Notes: generated by a model not told the origin, from the sequence alone. A stretch of 64,000 bases of DNA from Phyllobates terribilis (GCF_046119375.1 NW_027362773.1:125178001-125242000); one strand, 5' to 3'; counted from the stretch's first letter, positions 12,894 through 26,342 are shown. Numbers and translations: made by a program.

Positions 12894-13794
12894 AGGCTAT
12901 GTGCCCACGATGCAGAATTGATGCAGATTTTTCCTGAGCGTTTCTGTGTCTCCCTGGCAGAAAAAAAGCATGCAGATTTTACATGTGTTTTTTCTGCCAG
13001 GTAGAAGCGTAAGTGAAGCGTTTTGCACATGTGATTTCGCATGAGGGTTGTCAAGCGCTTTCCAAGTGATTTTAGCATCACTTGGAAAAGTGCTTGACAA
13101 CTTGGTCACACTATATAAATCCATGTAACCGGCAAATGCAGCATCAATAGTAAAAAAAAAAAAAAAAAAACACATTATACTCCCCTTCCAATGGCCCTCG
13201 GTCTCCTCCTTTGGTGCGTCCGGTGTCTTCTGCGGCTCGCAGTGGTGTAAAAGGACCTTCCATGACGTCATTTAGTCATGTGACAGGTCAAGCAACCATC
13301 ACCTGACCGCTGACGTCAGCGGTTGCGTGACATGTCACATGACTAAATGACATCATGGAAGGTCCTTGTACACCACCGCGAGCAGCCGAAGAGCCAGCAG
13401 CGCCGCCAGGCGCAGACAGGGGGCCATCAGAAGGTAAGTATATGTTTACTTTTTATTTCAATTCTTTTTTAACTACAGGTACTATGGTACCCGGGTCTGG
13501 AGGAGAGAGAGTCTCCTCTTCTCCAGACCCAGGTACTATCCGCGCATTGAATCGCTTAATATCAGCATGACTAGTCAATGGCGGCTAAAACGCCGCGATT
13601 CCACAAATTAATGGACATGTTGCGGATTTTTCCACAATGATAATCTGCAGCGGAAATTTCAGCAGCATGTGCACAGCACATGCGGATTATCCTTGGGGAC
13701 CATTGCAGACAACTTAACAAGCGTTTTTAAGCGTTTCCGCGGCAGAAATTACGCTGCGGCAACGCTTAAAAAACACATAGTGTGCACACAGCCT
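12894..13794. mobile_element. MITE (AGG-ended TIR, TAA/TTA flanks; T2/Kolobok-like) nested in another MITE
   Basis: aggctatgtgcccac ... gtgtgcacacagcct termini; related copy at ~38770-38985. Confidence 0.6.
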
Positions 13795-14086
13795 TACTGA
13801 TCAGTCCAAGAGGAGAAATATGCAATTTCTCTGATAAGATCTAATACAAAGTTACTTATTTCCAAGTGTACTATTGATTTTAAAGGACGGTTCCTCTTTA
13901 AAGGTTGTGTCCTGACCCACTCGTCTCTGCAATGTGAGGCGCCACTGACAGGTTGTTAACAAGGCGTCACCTGTCACACTCACCTGTCACTGGAGAGCGA
14001 GGCAAGGACAAACCCTTTAATGACTCAGTGATCGGCTAGTGTTGCCCACACCCAACATATATGACAGGTCTGTGCCATACACTCAC

Positions 14087-14154
14087 CGGGGTGTCTGCAG
14101 ATTTGTTGAGAGACGCAGAATTTCTCTGGGATCTTCTAGCAGGAGGAGTGACAC
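14087..14154 (-). CDS. CDCA5: Sororin coding exon 2 (SVTPPARRSQRNSASLNKSADTP)
   Basis: ccctacag|GT...CCG|gtgagt, 68 nt, phase 1-0; RRSQR motif as in sororin. Confidence 0.88.
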
Positions 14155-14180
14155 CTGTAGGGCGAGAGGAAGGGGCATAA

Positions 14181-16108
14181 GACACAGCTCGGGCCGGGCC
14201 GGGGCGACGACGACGGACACAGCTCGGGCCGGGCCGGGGCGACGACGACGGACACAGCTCGGGCCGGGCCGGGGCGACGACGACGGACACAGCTCGGGCC
14301 GGGCCGGGGCGACGACGACGGACACAGCTCGGGCCGGGCCGGGGCGACGACGACGGACACAGCTCGGGCCGGGCCGGGGCGACGACGACGGACACAGCTC
14401 GGGCCGGGCCGGGGCGACGACGACGGACACAGCTCGGGCCGGGCCGGGGCGACGACGACGGACACAGCTCGGGCCGGGCCGGGGCGACGACGACGGACAC
14501 AGCTCGGGCCGGGCCGGGGCGACGACGACGGACACAGCTCGGGCCGGGCCGGGGCGACGACGACGGACACAGCTCGGGCCGGGCCGGGGCGACGACGACG
14601 GACACAGCTCGGGCCGGGCCGGGGGGACGACGACGGACACAGCTCGGGCCGGGCCGGGGGGACGACGACGGACACAGCTCGGGCCGGGCCGGGGGGACGA
14701 CGACGGACACAGCTCGGGCCGGGCCGGGGGGACGACGACGGACACAGCTCGGGCCGGGCCGGGGGGACGACGACGGACACAGCTCGGGCCGGGCCGGGGG
14801 GACGACGACGGACACAGCTCGGGCCGGGCCGGGGGGACGACGACGGACACAGCTCGGGCCGGGCCGGGGGGACGACGACGGACACAGCTCGGGCCGGGCC
14901 GGGGGGCCGACGACGGACACAGCTCGGGCCGGGCCGGGGGGCCGACGACGGACACAGCTCGGGCCGGGCCGGGGGGCCGACGACGGACACAGCTCGGGCC
15001 GGGCCGGGGGGCCGACGACGGACACAGCTCGGGCCGGGCCGACGACGACGGACACAGCTCGGGCCGGGCCGGGGGGACGACGACGGACACAGCTCGGGCC
15101 GGGCCGGGGGGACGACGACGGACACAGCTCGGGCCGGGCCGGGGGGACGACGACGGACACAGCTCGGGCCGGGCCGGGGGGACGACGACGGACACAGCTC
15201 GGGCCGGGCCGGGGGGACGACGACGGACACAGCTCGGGCCGGGCCGGGGGGACGACGACGGACACAGCTCGGGCCGGGCCGGGGGGACGACGACGGACAC
15301 AGCTCGGGCCGGGCCGGGGGGACGACGACGGACACAGCTCGGGCCGGGCCGGGGGGACGACGACGGACACAGCTCGGGCCGGGCCGGGGGGACGACGACG
15401 GACACAGCTCGGGCCGGGCCGGGGGGACGACGACGGACACAGCTCGGGCCGGGCCGGGGGGACGACGACGGACACAGCTCGGGCCGGGCCGGGGGGACGA
15501 CGACGGACACAGCTCGGGCCGGGCCGGGGGGACGACGACGGACACAGCTCGGGCCGGGCCGGGGGGACGACGACGGACACAGCTCGGGCCGGGCCGGGGG
15601 GACGACGACGGACACAGCTCGGGCCGGGCCGGGGGGACGACGACGGACACAGCTCGGGCCGGGCCGGGGGGACGACGACGGACACAGCTCGGGCCGGGCC
15701 GGGGGGACGACGACGGACACAGCTCGGGCCGGGCCGGGGGGACGACGACGGACACAGCTCGGGCCGGGGGGACGACGACGGACACAGCTCGGGCCGGGGG
15801 GACGACGACGGACACAGCTCGGGCCGGGGGGACGACGACGGACACAGCTCGGGCCGGGGGGACGACGACGGACACAGCTCGGGCCGGGGGGACGACGACG
15901 GACACAGCTCGGGCCGGGGGGACGACGACGGACACAGCTCGGGCCGGGGGGACGACGACGGACACAGCTCGGGCCGGGGGGACGACGACGGACACAGCTC
16001 GGGCCGGGGGGACGACGACGGACACAGCTCGGGCCGGGGGGACGACGACGGACACAGCTCGGGCCGGGGGGACGACGACGGACACAGCTCGGGCCGGGGG
16101 GACGACGA
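14181..16108. repeat. G-rich, CpG-rich minisatellite filling CDCA5 intron 1 (35-bp unit gacacagctcgggccgggccgggg(c/g)gacgacgacg; 30-bp variant distally)
   Basis: Directly visible tandem array; accounts for the four 699-787 aa repetitive ORFs. Confidence 0.97.
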
Positions 16109-16187
16109 CATAGTCCAGGTCCCTGTGGCCCCCACCTGCCCTGGGTGCAGCCTTTATGGGGGACATCACAGCACAGGGGACACTCAC

Positions 16188-16245
16188 TGTCCTTCTCCCA
16201 GGTGACCGTCCCTCGGCTGCCGCCCCTCTTCTTCCGATCAGACAT
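16188..16245 (-). CDS. CDCA5: Sororin coding exon 1 (MSDRKKRGGSRGTVTWEKD)
   Basis: Kozak GCTGCCATG at 16245, donor ACA|gtgagt; 58 nt, phase 1 fits exon 2 (58+68=126 nt). Confidence 0.82.
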
Positions 16246-16800
16246 GGCAGCGGCTCCAGATCTCTTCCCCGAGGACACGATGACAGTATATCGCTCCGGT
16301 ACCGCACCGGATTACATAACGCGCACACCACTCCCAGGTCGCAGCTTCCTTTTTGGATTCCTCTTTGTTAAAACCTCCTACAAGTCTATCAACTCTATAT
16401 AAAGCTGAACCCGACGACCATCGCACAAGCCACAATCTCTGCTGCCAAGATCGGAGAAAGCAGCGCGTTCAAATGTCCCGCGCGCCCGTTCTGCTCCCGG
16501 AACAGGAAGTGACGTCACTACATGCAATCCGCCGCCATATTGCGTGTGGAGGAAGTGACGAGCAGTGAGCTGCGCCCTGACACCGAGGCTGTCACTGTCA
16601 CACGGAAGAGACGTGGCAGATAGAAGTCAGACTTGGTGGAGGGGAAGGAAAAATAGAAAACAGCTTGAGGGGGTGAAGGGCGAGAGTCACCGGCTGTGGA
16701 GTGTAATGGGGAGCGGGGGCGGAAAGGATAAGACACAGTGACACCAAGGAGATAACACGGAAGTGGGGCGTGACTGACCCTGGCAGTGTAAGGTAAGGCT
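16246..16800. promoter_or_regulatory. Bidirectional CDCA5/ZFPL1 CpG promoter
   Basis: Head-to-head genes; GGAAGTGACGTCA (ETS-CRE) 16505-16517, second GGAAGTGACG 16551-16560, YY1-like CCGCCATATT 16532-16541, CGGAAGTGGGGCGTG ~16758-16772; candidate ZFPL1 non-coding exon 1 donors at 16565 (gtgagc) or 16793 (gtaagg). Confidence 0.8.
16468..16482 (-). promoter_or_regulatory. CDE-CHR cell-cycle element oriented to CDCA5
   Basis: Minus strand CGCGG-GACA-TTTGAA: CDE, 4-nt spacer, CHR, the arrangement known from CDK1/cyclin promoters. Confidence 0.7.
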
Positions 16801-17364
16801 GTAACCCCTCTGTGTGTGACCAGGGCTCCAGACATTCTGTCTATGCAATCTATTGTTCTCTGCTATCAGCCATCCCAGGCTTCCACACCTGCTGATGGCA
16901 CTGGGTGGGATGTACATTGCATCATCACTGTGGGGTCTTGCTTTTAGCAATCAAGACATACAGTCTATGTAATCCGTCTAGTGTTCTCTATTATCAGCCA
17001 TTTCAGGCTAAATAATTTGGCTGGAAAAAAAACAACAACAACTAAATCTATAAAATCACAGCCAGTTGGGCTTTTGTTAAAGAAGTTCATCAGTGAAAAC
17101 AAGGCCGCTGGGGCCTTAACAGATCGGCAGAACTGGCGCTGTTATCCCACTACAATGATTGACCACCACTTTGGAAAAGCCGAGCCCCATCGGGAATGAA
17201 TGGGCATACGCACTGCCCGCTCTATTCTGATGAGCGGACCCAGGGAAGGTCGGGTTTTGGTACCCAACCAAACTTTAGTTCAAAGTTCCATTCGGGAACC
17301 AGAACTGTACCCAGAAGCCATTGAAATCAAAAGGGATCGGGACTACGGACCTGGTAAATCTCAG

Positions 17365-17760
17365 TCTCGCTCCTCCTCTTTTGCGCTCGCTCTCGCTCCT
17401 CTTTTGCGCTCGCTCTCGCTCCTCTTTTGCGCTCGCTCTCGCTCCTCCTCTTTTGCGCTCGCTCTCGCTCCTCCTCTTTTGCGCTCGCTCTCGCTCCTCC
17501 TCTTTTGCGCTCGCTCTCGCTCCTCCTCTTTTGCGCTCGCTCCTCCTCTTTTGCTCTCGCTCCTCCTCTTTTGCTCTCGCTCCTCCTCTTTTGCTCTCGC
17601 TCCTCCTCTTTTGCTCTCGCTCCTCCTCTTTTGCTCTCGCTCCTCCTCTTTTGCTCTCGCTCCTCCTCTTTTGCTCTCGCTCCTCCTCTTTTGCTCTCGC
17701 TCCTCCTCTTTTGCTCTCGCTCTCGCTCCTCCTCTTTTGCTCTCGCTCCTCCTCTTTTGC
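17365..17760. repeat. Polypyrimidine/polypurine tandem repeat, ~20-bp unit (ctcgctcctcctcttttgct)
   Basis: Directly visible; explains the five low-complexity ORFs at 17200-17908. Confidence 0.95.
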
Positions 17761-18962
17761 GCTGTCACCAGTTTGCATCCGTTTCGTCTTTGCACAGACC
17801 CAAAAACACACATCCTTTTATTCTGTAAAAAAGGTGGATAGCAGATGGAACAGACCGCTGCAGACAATCATTGTACTCAGTAGTGACGGGCCCACCTTGC
17901 TACCATGACCAGTGACGACAGTGATTGTGTGCAGCAGTTAGAAAATCATGACTGCAAGACAACTAACCACCGGAGCGGTGGGGAATTTACAAGGTGAGCA
18001 TGTTCTGCTTCATCGCGTTCCCTGATTCCTGGACATTTGTTACACATCCTATTTTCCCCCCAGGAAGTAGTCGCTGGTGTTAAGCGTCCTGCTATAATAT
18101 ATGCGCTGTTCCCTAGTGTCTGCACCACCTATACGTGTGTCCGGGCATTGTTGAATCACTTCTGTAGTCGCCCTAGTTGACAGACCTGTAATATAATTAT
18201 CCTGGATCTCACTTGCTCCAGTTCTTTTTGTACTCATTGTTATCTGAATCCTTTTTGATCTGATTTATTTGGTGATTACTGTTGTAATTTTTGCATTTGA
18301 GTTTATACCTTTATAATGGATGTTATTCCTTATTTTGGCACATTTCCCGGGGGGTGATTCGTGTGTTAGGAGGACAACGCGTGCGGCGTTAGATGGCACG
18401 GCTACACTGCTGTCATTTTCTTGTTTTTGCTCCTATAACTGAGCAGAATAAATTAAATGAAGAACGCAAATGTGAAGACAGGCTAACTCCGTCTTAGGGA
18501 ATGTTCACATGAGACGGATGGAAAATCCAGAGACAATTATAGGACTAGCAAATAGGATGAGATTTTGCCAAATCTTATCCACAGCCTGGATGAAAATCTG
18601 CACGCAAGTTAACCTGCGGTGCAGATTGTAAGTCCACAGTATGAGATCCGAGTTGTCCCTTTAGTGGAAGCTGAGTTTCACTCTTGGTGCTGCTTCAGGA
18701 GGTAACACTTGCCACCCGTTTCCATTACAGACTGAATCCGATTAGTGATGAACTCAACTACAGGATATCTTGTAATTGGCTTATTGGAAGGGGATCCCTC
18801 TAACAAAAAGTGGAAAACCCCTTTAGCATGAGATCTGACTTGTCCCTTTAATTGAAGCTTAGTTTCGCTTTTTGTGCTGTTTCAGGGGATAACACTTGCT
18901 TCCAGTTTCCATTACAGACTGAATCCGATTCGTGAAGAACTCAACTATAGGATATCTTGTGA

Positions 18963-19256
<294 letters not shown>

Positions 19257-19459
19257 TGACATACACAGGATATGTCTGATAGATGCAGGCTCTTCGGTGA
19301 GACCTTCATCTGTCTCATGAAGGAGGCTGGTCTTGCGGCTGCTGTGAATAGAGTGGTGGCCACACGTCAGGCTGCCCCTATTCACACAGTACCCTCGGAC
19401 GCTTGCTGAGGACCTGCCATAGATATCTGAGCTGGGACTAACCCTGTAGAGACATGTAA

Positions 19460-19615
<156 letters not shown>

Positions 19616-20585
19616 TAACTCTGGAAGTAAATAAATTGTCATCTCTACACAGGGGCTCTGCAGTTCTTGCACATCAGGTGCATGTAAAAGAACATTAAAG
19701 GGGTTTTCTCTTTCTCATAAATGGTTAAAATAGGAAATTACTTGTTAAAACAAGCAGCTTTGCAATCGGCGTAATATCAGCACAAAATGACTGTTCAAAC
19801 TAAGCACATTATTTTGCTGGGGGCGTAGCACTAATAAAAATCATTAATTTATTGTTCTAATTTGTTGCTTCTTTTGCCAGAAATGGTTCTTTATTAAAAT
19901 ATGCCAATGAGGTGCTTGATTTCGGACTGCCATGACCAAGCAGTTCAGTGCTTCTTCCCACCTATTTGTTATATTTTTTTTATTAATTTTATGTCTATCA
20001 GCGGTAGCGGGTTTCCTAGGAATGGCACACCGTGCTTATAAGCTGTTTTCTATAGAGCTTGTAAGTGCTGCTCTAAAGCTTGCTGGGTCACTGCATCTGG
20101 CCAACTGTGTCACTACACTCCTCTGATGCAGCATTGGAGAATGCTCCGTTCTGACCAGCAAAGCGTTGATGCCGCTGGTCTGATCTGTCAATCAAGCAGG
20201 CGTGCACCGCCCTCTGACAAGCAGGAAGCCAGGAGGCAGTGGCAGCTGCACTCCTGAAGGTAGGGTGAGGATAACCCTTTAATGCTAGCCATAAATATAA
20301 AATAACTATGGGAAGAAGCTGATTGTTACCCCTTTACGGTCCCACCATCGATGCTTTGTTTCTTCTGAAAAATAAATGCTAGTTGATTGTTCAGATGCCG
20401 CTAGATATTAAGTGATCGCCACATCTGGCTGAGCAAAATGGGATATGCTGACAAATGTCCACGACCACTATTATACCACCTACACAGCAGCAATAGAACG
20501 CCATGTACAAAGCACTTAGTGTTTTTATTTATTAATTTTGCTGTATTACACACCAGTGACCGCCTTTTTTGTAGTTTAGAAATGA

Positions 20586-20816
<231 letters not shown>

Positions 20817-20955
20817 TAAGAACAAGCAGGGTGAGCCCTCGTAATTAAGGATATTTTGATGACTATGGTTTTACTAAGTCACTTTGTGACCTCAGAGCTT
20901 CCACACTGTATTCTATGTCCATAGATATGTAACCTATATATTTTTTTATGGGTAG

Positions 20956-21031
20956 ATTGAAGAGACTGCAGCTGTAGAGGAGGTCACAGAACACGATGTC
21001 ACAGATTACAGGGATTGGTCAGTTGTCAATT
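20956..21031 (+). CDS. ZFPL1: ZFPL1 coding exon 4 (IEETAAVEE...DWSVVN)
   Basis: gtag|ATT...T|gtgagt, 76 nt, phase 0-1, bridges the flanking exons; resembles the IDE...DWS segment. Confidence 0.85.
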
Positions 21032-21051
21032 GTGAGTGCTTTTATCATATG

Positions 21052-21055
<4 letters not shown>

Positions 21056-21120
<65 letters not shown>
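21056..21120. repeat. (TG)n microsatellite, ~32 units
   Basis: Directly visible, 25 nt downstream of a ZFPL1 donor. Confidence 0.98.
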
Positions 21121-21125
<5 letters not shown>

Positions 21126-21377
21126 TTATTGTAAGAAAGCAGGAGGTAAGGTCCTGGATAACAGGTATGAGTTACTGAGATGGTTTTTATTTTGGGTCCA
21201 GGATTTAGGAGCGATCAAAAGAGGCTGGGTGGGAAAGGTCGCTCCCATACTCCAGTCTGGGTATTACAGGTCTAATAACAGGCAGCTGGGAATAGCTCAG
21301 CAGGGTATGTGGTGTTTTGGAGCTGGAGAAAGACCATTGATGGTGGACAAGCAAGTTGATGAGACTGTTTGATTGCC

Positions 21378-22306
21378 TTATTATTATTATAGCGCCATTT
21401 ATTCCATGGCGTTTTACATGTAAAAAAGGGGTATACATACAAGAACAATTACAGTAATCTTGAACAAAACGTGACGGCGACTGGTATAGGAGGAGCGAGG
21501 ACCCTGCCTGCGAGGGCTCACAGTCTACAAGGGATGGGTGAGGAAACAGTAGGTGAGAGCAGAGCTGATCGTGCAGCTGTATGGTGGAGCAATGGTTACT
21601 GCAGGTTGTAGGCTTGTCGGAAGAGGTAGGTCTTCAGGATCATTTTGAAGGTCTCCACGGTAGGCGAGAGCCTGATATGTTGGGGTAGAGAGTTCCAGAG
21701 TAGGGGGGTGCACGGGAGAAATCTTGTATACGATTGTGGGAAGAGGAGATAAGAGGGGAGTAGAGAAGGAGATCTTGTGAGGATCGCAGGTTGCGTGCAG
21801 GTAAGTACCGGGAGACTAGGTCACAGATGTATGGAGGAGACAGGTTGTGGATGGCTTTATATGCCATGGTTAGGGTTTTGAACTGGAGTCTCTGGGCAAT
21901 GGGGAGCCAGTGAAGGATTGACAGAGAGGAGAGGCCGGGGAATAGCTGGGGGACAGGTGGATTAGTCGGGCAGCAGAGTTTACGATAGATTGAAGGGGTG
22001 CTAGAATGTTAGAAAGGAGGCCACAGAGCAGGAGGTTGCAGTAGTCGAGGCGGGAGATAATGAGGGCATGCACTAGTGTTTTTGCAGATTTGTGGTTGAG
22101 TGAAGGTGCGGATCTAGGAGATATTTTTGAGTTGGAGTCGGCAGGAAGTGGAAGGGGCTTCCATATGTGGTTTGAAGGAGAAATCAGAGTCCAGGGTTGC
22201 TCCAAGGCAGCGAGCTTGCGGGACTGGGGAGAGTGGACAGCCATTGACGTTGATAGAATGGTCGGTTGGGGGGGGTGAATGAGATGGGGGAAAGATGATG
22301 AATTCT
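21378..22306 (-). mobile_element. 5'-truncated L2/CR1-clade LINE (RT C-terminus and 3' tail)
   Basis: Frameshifted peptides LVHALIISRLDYCNLLLCGL, LQSIVNSAARLI, YKAIHNLSPPYI typical of L2 ORF2; (TAA)n-type tail at ~21378-21390. Confidence 0.88.
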
Positions 22307-22450
22307 GTTACTCAGGGAAAGAACTGTTTTGCTATTCATTTGTTCTGAAGAAAGTACTGTTTTAGCTGTAAAGTTTATTGTCCATATAAATATATATATA
22401 TTGCAGGTATAATTGTGTGTTAGTGACTCTTCTGTTTGCTTCATCTTCAG

Positions 22451-22621
22451 CCTCCTCCTCTGATCACATGTCGGAAAGCTCAGAAGTACAGCAACAGTCC
22501 GGGTATCTGTACAGTTCGGTGCCTGCCCCCACAGCTCAGCACGGCTTATCTGGCAGCATCTCTAAAGACCACAATGTGATGATTGGAGATACAGTAGCTG
22601 ACAGTGTTAATATCAATGCAG
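22451..22621 (+). CDS. ZFPL1: ZFPL1 coding exon 5 (Ser-rich linker)
   Basis: catcttcag|CC...G|gtaatg, 171 nt, phase 1-1, open frame. Confidence 0.8.
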
Positions 22622-22991
22622 GTAATGCCAGAAAACACCTTATTAATGCATACGCTATAAGGTGACGGAAAATTGTGGTTGCAATTCCAGTTATTACCTT
22701 TTGGGGTTTAAAATTTCTCGCTTTAAGCCCAAGGTCGCTTTTTATATATTTTTTTACTTACAGGGAATAAGTGGTGTTGCATCACAAACATGCTTTACTG
22801 CCCGGAAATTAGGCAAAAGCTGAGTTCTGATTTCAGCCATTCCATAGTCTTTGAATAAAGAGGCATTGCACTTGCTGACCTCCGTTCCAGCTGGAGACAT
22901 GGGACTCCTGTACTTGGGATGCTTGGGGGTTACACCAGGTGCGCCTGCACAGTCAGACACTTGCCACCTATTCTGTGGATGTAGGTGATGA

Positions 22992-23235
22992 GTAGAGTTG
23001 AGCAAAAGACTTGCAGGACCCTTGACGAGTGGCCACCGGACCAGGGCCTTGAGAACCTGTTAGCATCCTATGTGCCTCTTCTGATTAGTATGGCCCGTCG
23101 CAACGTCATGCCACAAAGTTGACGCCGGAGATGCCAACAGGTAGGAGGTGGATCTCCAGGCTGTGGTCCTGTGGCCTCGGACTTCCAACCTTGTTGCCGT
23201 ACTAAGGTCCTGTGAATGTTTTTGCTCAACTCTTG
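22992..23235. mobile_element. Short MITE with agagttgagcaaaa TIR
   Basis: agagttgagcaaaa ... ttttgctcaactct inverted termini. Confidence 0.55.
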
Positions 23236-23298
23236 CGATTAGTGTTAATAATAGGAAAACACCTTTAACGTGTATTTTTCTTTTTCCTCCTACTGTAG

Positions 23299-23422
23299 CC
23301 TCCACTCCTAGAAAGATTTACGACACTCGAGATGTTGCCGTCTCACAAGACGCCGTGATCGACTTTGATGATGACAAATACAGGAGGAGACCAACTCTAA
23401 GTTGGTTGGCTCGGATACTCCG
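23299..23422 (+). CDS. ZFPL1: ZFPL1 coding exon 6 ([10 protein letters not shown]...DDDKYRRRP...WLARILR)
   Basis: ctgtag|CC...CG|gtaagc, 124 nt; conserved DDDKYRRRP. Confidence 0.95.
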
Positions 23423-23912
23423 GTAAGCTGTCTGCCACCATTCATTTCAGGGTTGTTTTTTTTTAAAACTACTTTCACATGTTGCTATTCTTCAGCCGGG
23501 AAGTAGACATTTGTCTTTGAATATAGGAAAATTGGTGATATATCTTATAAGTGGAAAGATGTATCGTCTTGTACTTTTTCCTTACACCAGGGCTTCTCAA
23601 ACTTTTTTTTATTTTTAACCATACAGACCATGGAAATGCATGGTCTTCACCATTAGTTGGCCGAGTCTTCTGCCAATAATAAGTGTATCCTAATTTACCT
23701 TTAATTTATTTGTTGAAAATAATATAATATTAAAATTGTTCTCATTTTAATATTATATTAATTTCAACAATGTGAGGCAATTATCATTGTAATCCAGAAG
23801 ACATAGCTATGCCTCTACCAACAACTGGTGGGTACATCGCCTCACACTTCGATTATGACTTGTAATCGTTTACAGTCCGATTAGAGAATAATTCTGTTTT
23901 ATTTCATTGCAG

Positions 23913-24096
23913 CAATCGCACCGGATCCAAGTCCCGACCTGTTTCCACCAAACAACGGTTCCTGATTATTCTCATTATTGGTGTATTGGGCTTTCTAACT
24001 CTAATTCTTCTCATGTCAAAATGGGGCAGAGCTTCCGCTGACAATGACCCAAACCTTAACCCTCTGTTCAACCCTCATATCCGGGTTGGGCAGTAG
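23913..24096 (+). CDS. ZFPL1: ZFPL1 last coding exon (TM helix; [16 protein letters not shown])
   Basis: cattgcag|C...TAG; total CDS 963 nt = 320 aa + stop. Confidence 0.95.
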
Positions 24097-26342
24097 TAGA
24101 TTATGCTGCAGCATTCCAAGGAAAGAACGAAGAAATGGACCTTGTCCCCACCGCAAATTAGTTCTAAGGCCTCCAAAAAATCCCAGATTCCAAGGTGGAA
24201 AAGTACATTGGTGGTCTCCTTTGTGTAATGGGATGGTCTCAAGTCTCTTTTACACTCGGAGAACTGACTTATTATTCCAACTGTAATGGTTTCTCTACCC
24301 AGGGTGGAGATCTGGATGTATGGAGGAATCGGTGGGTACATGGGCTGTGGGATCCTTCAGTGCCTTTAGAGATGGCACACACCACGCGTCAAACATCATA
24401 GAGGTGTCGTGGACGACATATTTGCTCCTCAGTTTAATTTAATAATCCTGATTTTCTGTGTACAATGGATTTTATCTCTCTCTAAGAGAATAACATAAAC
24501 CAAGTATGATCGGTTGTAACATTCGCTGTACAGATCTTTTTTTTTTCAGTGAATATCTTGTAATATTGTCTCACATTTTTTTGGTTCACATTTTCTGTAG
24601 TCCTTAAACGAAGACTGGTTGGATGGGCACAAATTATTATTTTTTTTACAGACTTATAGTGCACGATTCTCGCTTATTTCCCTATAATCGCGCAGTTTAA
24701 ATAAGCCGCCGATCACCCAACAGATGAGCAAAATGCTCGTCCATCTTTTAGTTTGCCCAAAAGATCATCATTGGGCGTAAACCAGACCTGTGCTGCCGAG
24801 AACAATGCCAGCCTATGGGTACCGAACAATTGTTTTATCGGTCGCTCTGTGCACGTATTAATATGTGGTCTGCCTTTCTAAACATTCTTTTACTCGGCCG
24901 CCGATCCACAAAAATGTATTGCTTGGTGGTCGTTTAACTCTGCATATCAGCTAATAAGAACGCACCCTTAGAAATGGGGAAAGTGAGAATCCCAGGCAAG
25001 ATAACATTATTAAGGATCACTAATATATGTTGATTAAAATGTTCATCTGCCTGTGCAGCTGGTTTCCAGGCTGTGATATGTTTTCTAGCTTCATTCACGT
25101 TTCCACTAGCTGAACTATTGGCTGTTACTACTATCTGGTAGCCGCTGTTTGAGGATTTCTTGAAAAAAAAAATAATTTTTTTTTGGCATTTTCTTATAGT
25201 ACCGAACCCATTTAACAATGAGAGACAAACACCCATTATTGATTTTTCTAGAGAAAAAAAAATTATCAAGAATTTTTCAAGTGATTATGAACACGAAGAA
25301 TGCTTGATATTCGCCTAAGGGTATATTCACACATGTAGACAAGTAGTTACTACATGATCCCGAGACTTGACGTGCTGCATGGCTGAGACACCAGCTTCTC
25401 TTATGCAGAAGCCACAGATTTTTGCTCCACCACGAAGATGAAAATCCGCTCTGAAATTTTTTTATGTAGTGTGAATGGAGTTACGGAGACCTCACAAACG
25501 GGATCTTTGCTGAAATAGGGTCTCACATGGGTCCGGTGGCAGAAAATAGGGGTCCATTGAGGAACACTGGAATGGAGTGTTTTGCATTGTTTTATTTTTT
25601 AGTTTGGTTTCTTTATACACTTTTTTTTTTTTTTTTTTCGAAAGTATGACGTGAAGTGAATCATAATTTTACTTTATAAAAGGAAAGGCGCAACCAGGCT
25701 TTATTTAGTGCATAAAAGGGCGTCATCCTATGTATTGTGTACAAGCAGAAACTTTACCGATCCTCTTGACTGAAGGCATTATATCACCCAGTGCTGCATT
25801 CACAATTCTACCAAAACAGTTGCACACGCAGCTGAACTCCTATAATGCAGTGGAAAGTTTAGTTTTGCCTACTTCAGATTACTGTACGGTACATGGCGTG
25901 AAAATTACATTTGACAGAAATTACCAGCACAAGTTTTGGACAGCCATGGAGTCCGCAGGAACCGTTGATTGAGTTTTTGATGAGCCAGCAGAATTGTAAT
26001 TTTTTTTTTTTTTTCTTAAAGTGTAAGTAATATTTTGTAAAAGGTTTTTATAGTCTCTGAATAGCATTGATGATCAGGGAGGGTTTGGCTCCAGAGACTA
26101 TAAACATGATTGGTGAGAATGCTACTGATTAGGAAGACTGCTTCAAAAATAAAAAACACTAATAACAATTGACCAAACTTGGACCGTCATGTCATACACG
26201 TGTAGTTTCAAATGATCACACCCAGGAAAAAAAAAAATATATATATATAATATGTATGTGTAATTTTTTACATTTTTTTTGCAGACAATAATCTTAGTCG
26301 GGTACATATAATTTGCCAATCATCAGACAAAATTTATCTTGT

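Noticed and set aside
14181-16108. Possible CRISPR-like array
   Set aside because: Head-to-tail units without unique spacers, eukaryotic context, no cas genes.
14036-16402. Four 699-787 aa ORFs on both strands
   Set aside because: Produced by a stop-free minisatellite inside a well-defined intron; no evidence of a protein gene.
17200-17908. Arg/Glu- or Leu/Ser-rich ORFs
   Set aside because: Translations of the 20-bp tandem repeat.
22986-23085. C/D-box snoRNA candidate (GTGATGA...CTGA) in a ZFPL1 intron
   Set aside because: No terminal stem and it overlaps a MITE end.
24934-25269. 111-aa minus-strand ORF after ZFPL1
   Set aside because: No recognisable homology or linked exons; plausibly ZFPL1 3' UTR or intergenic.
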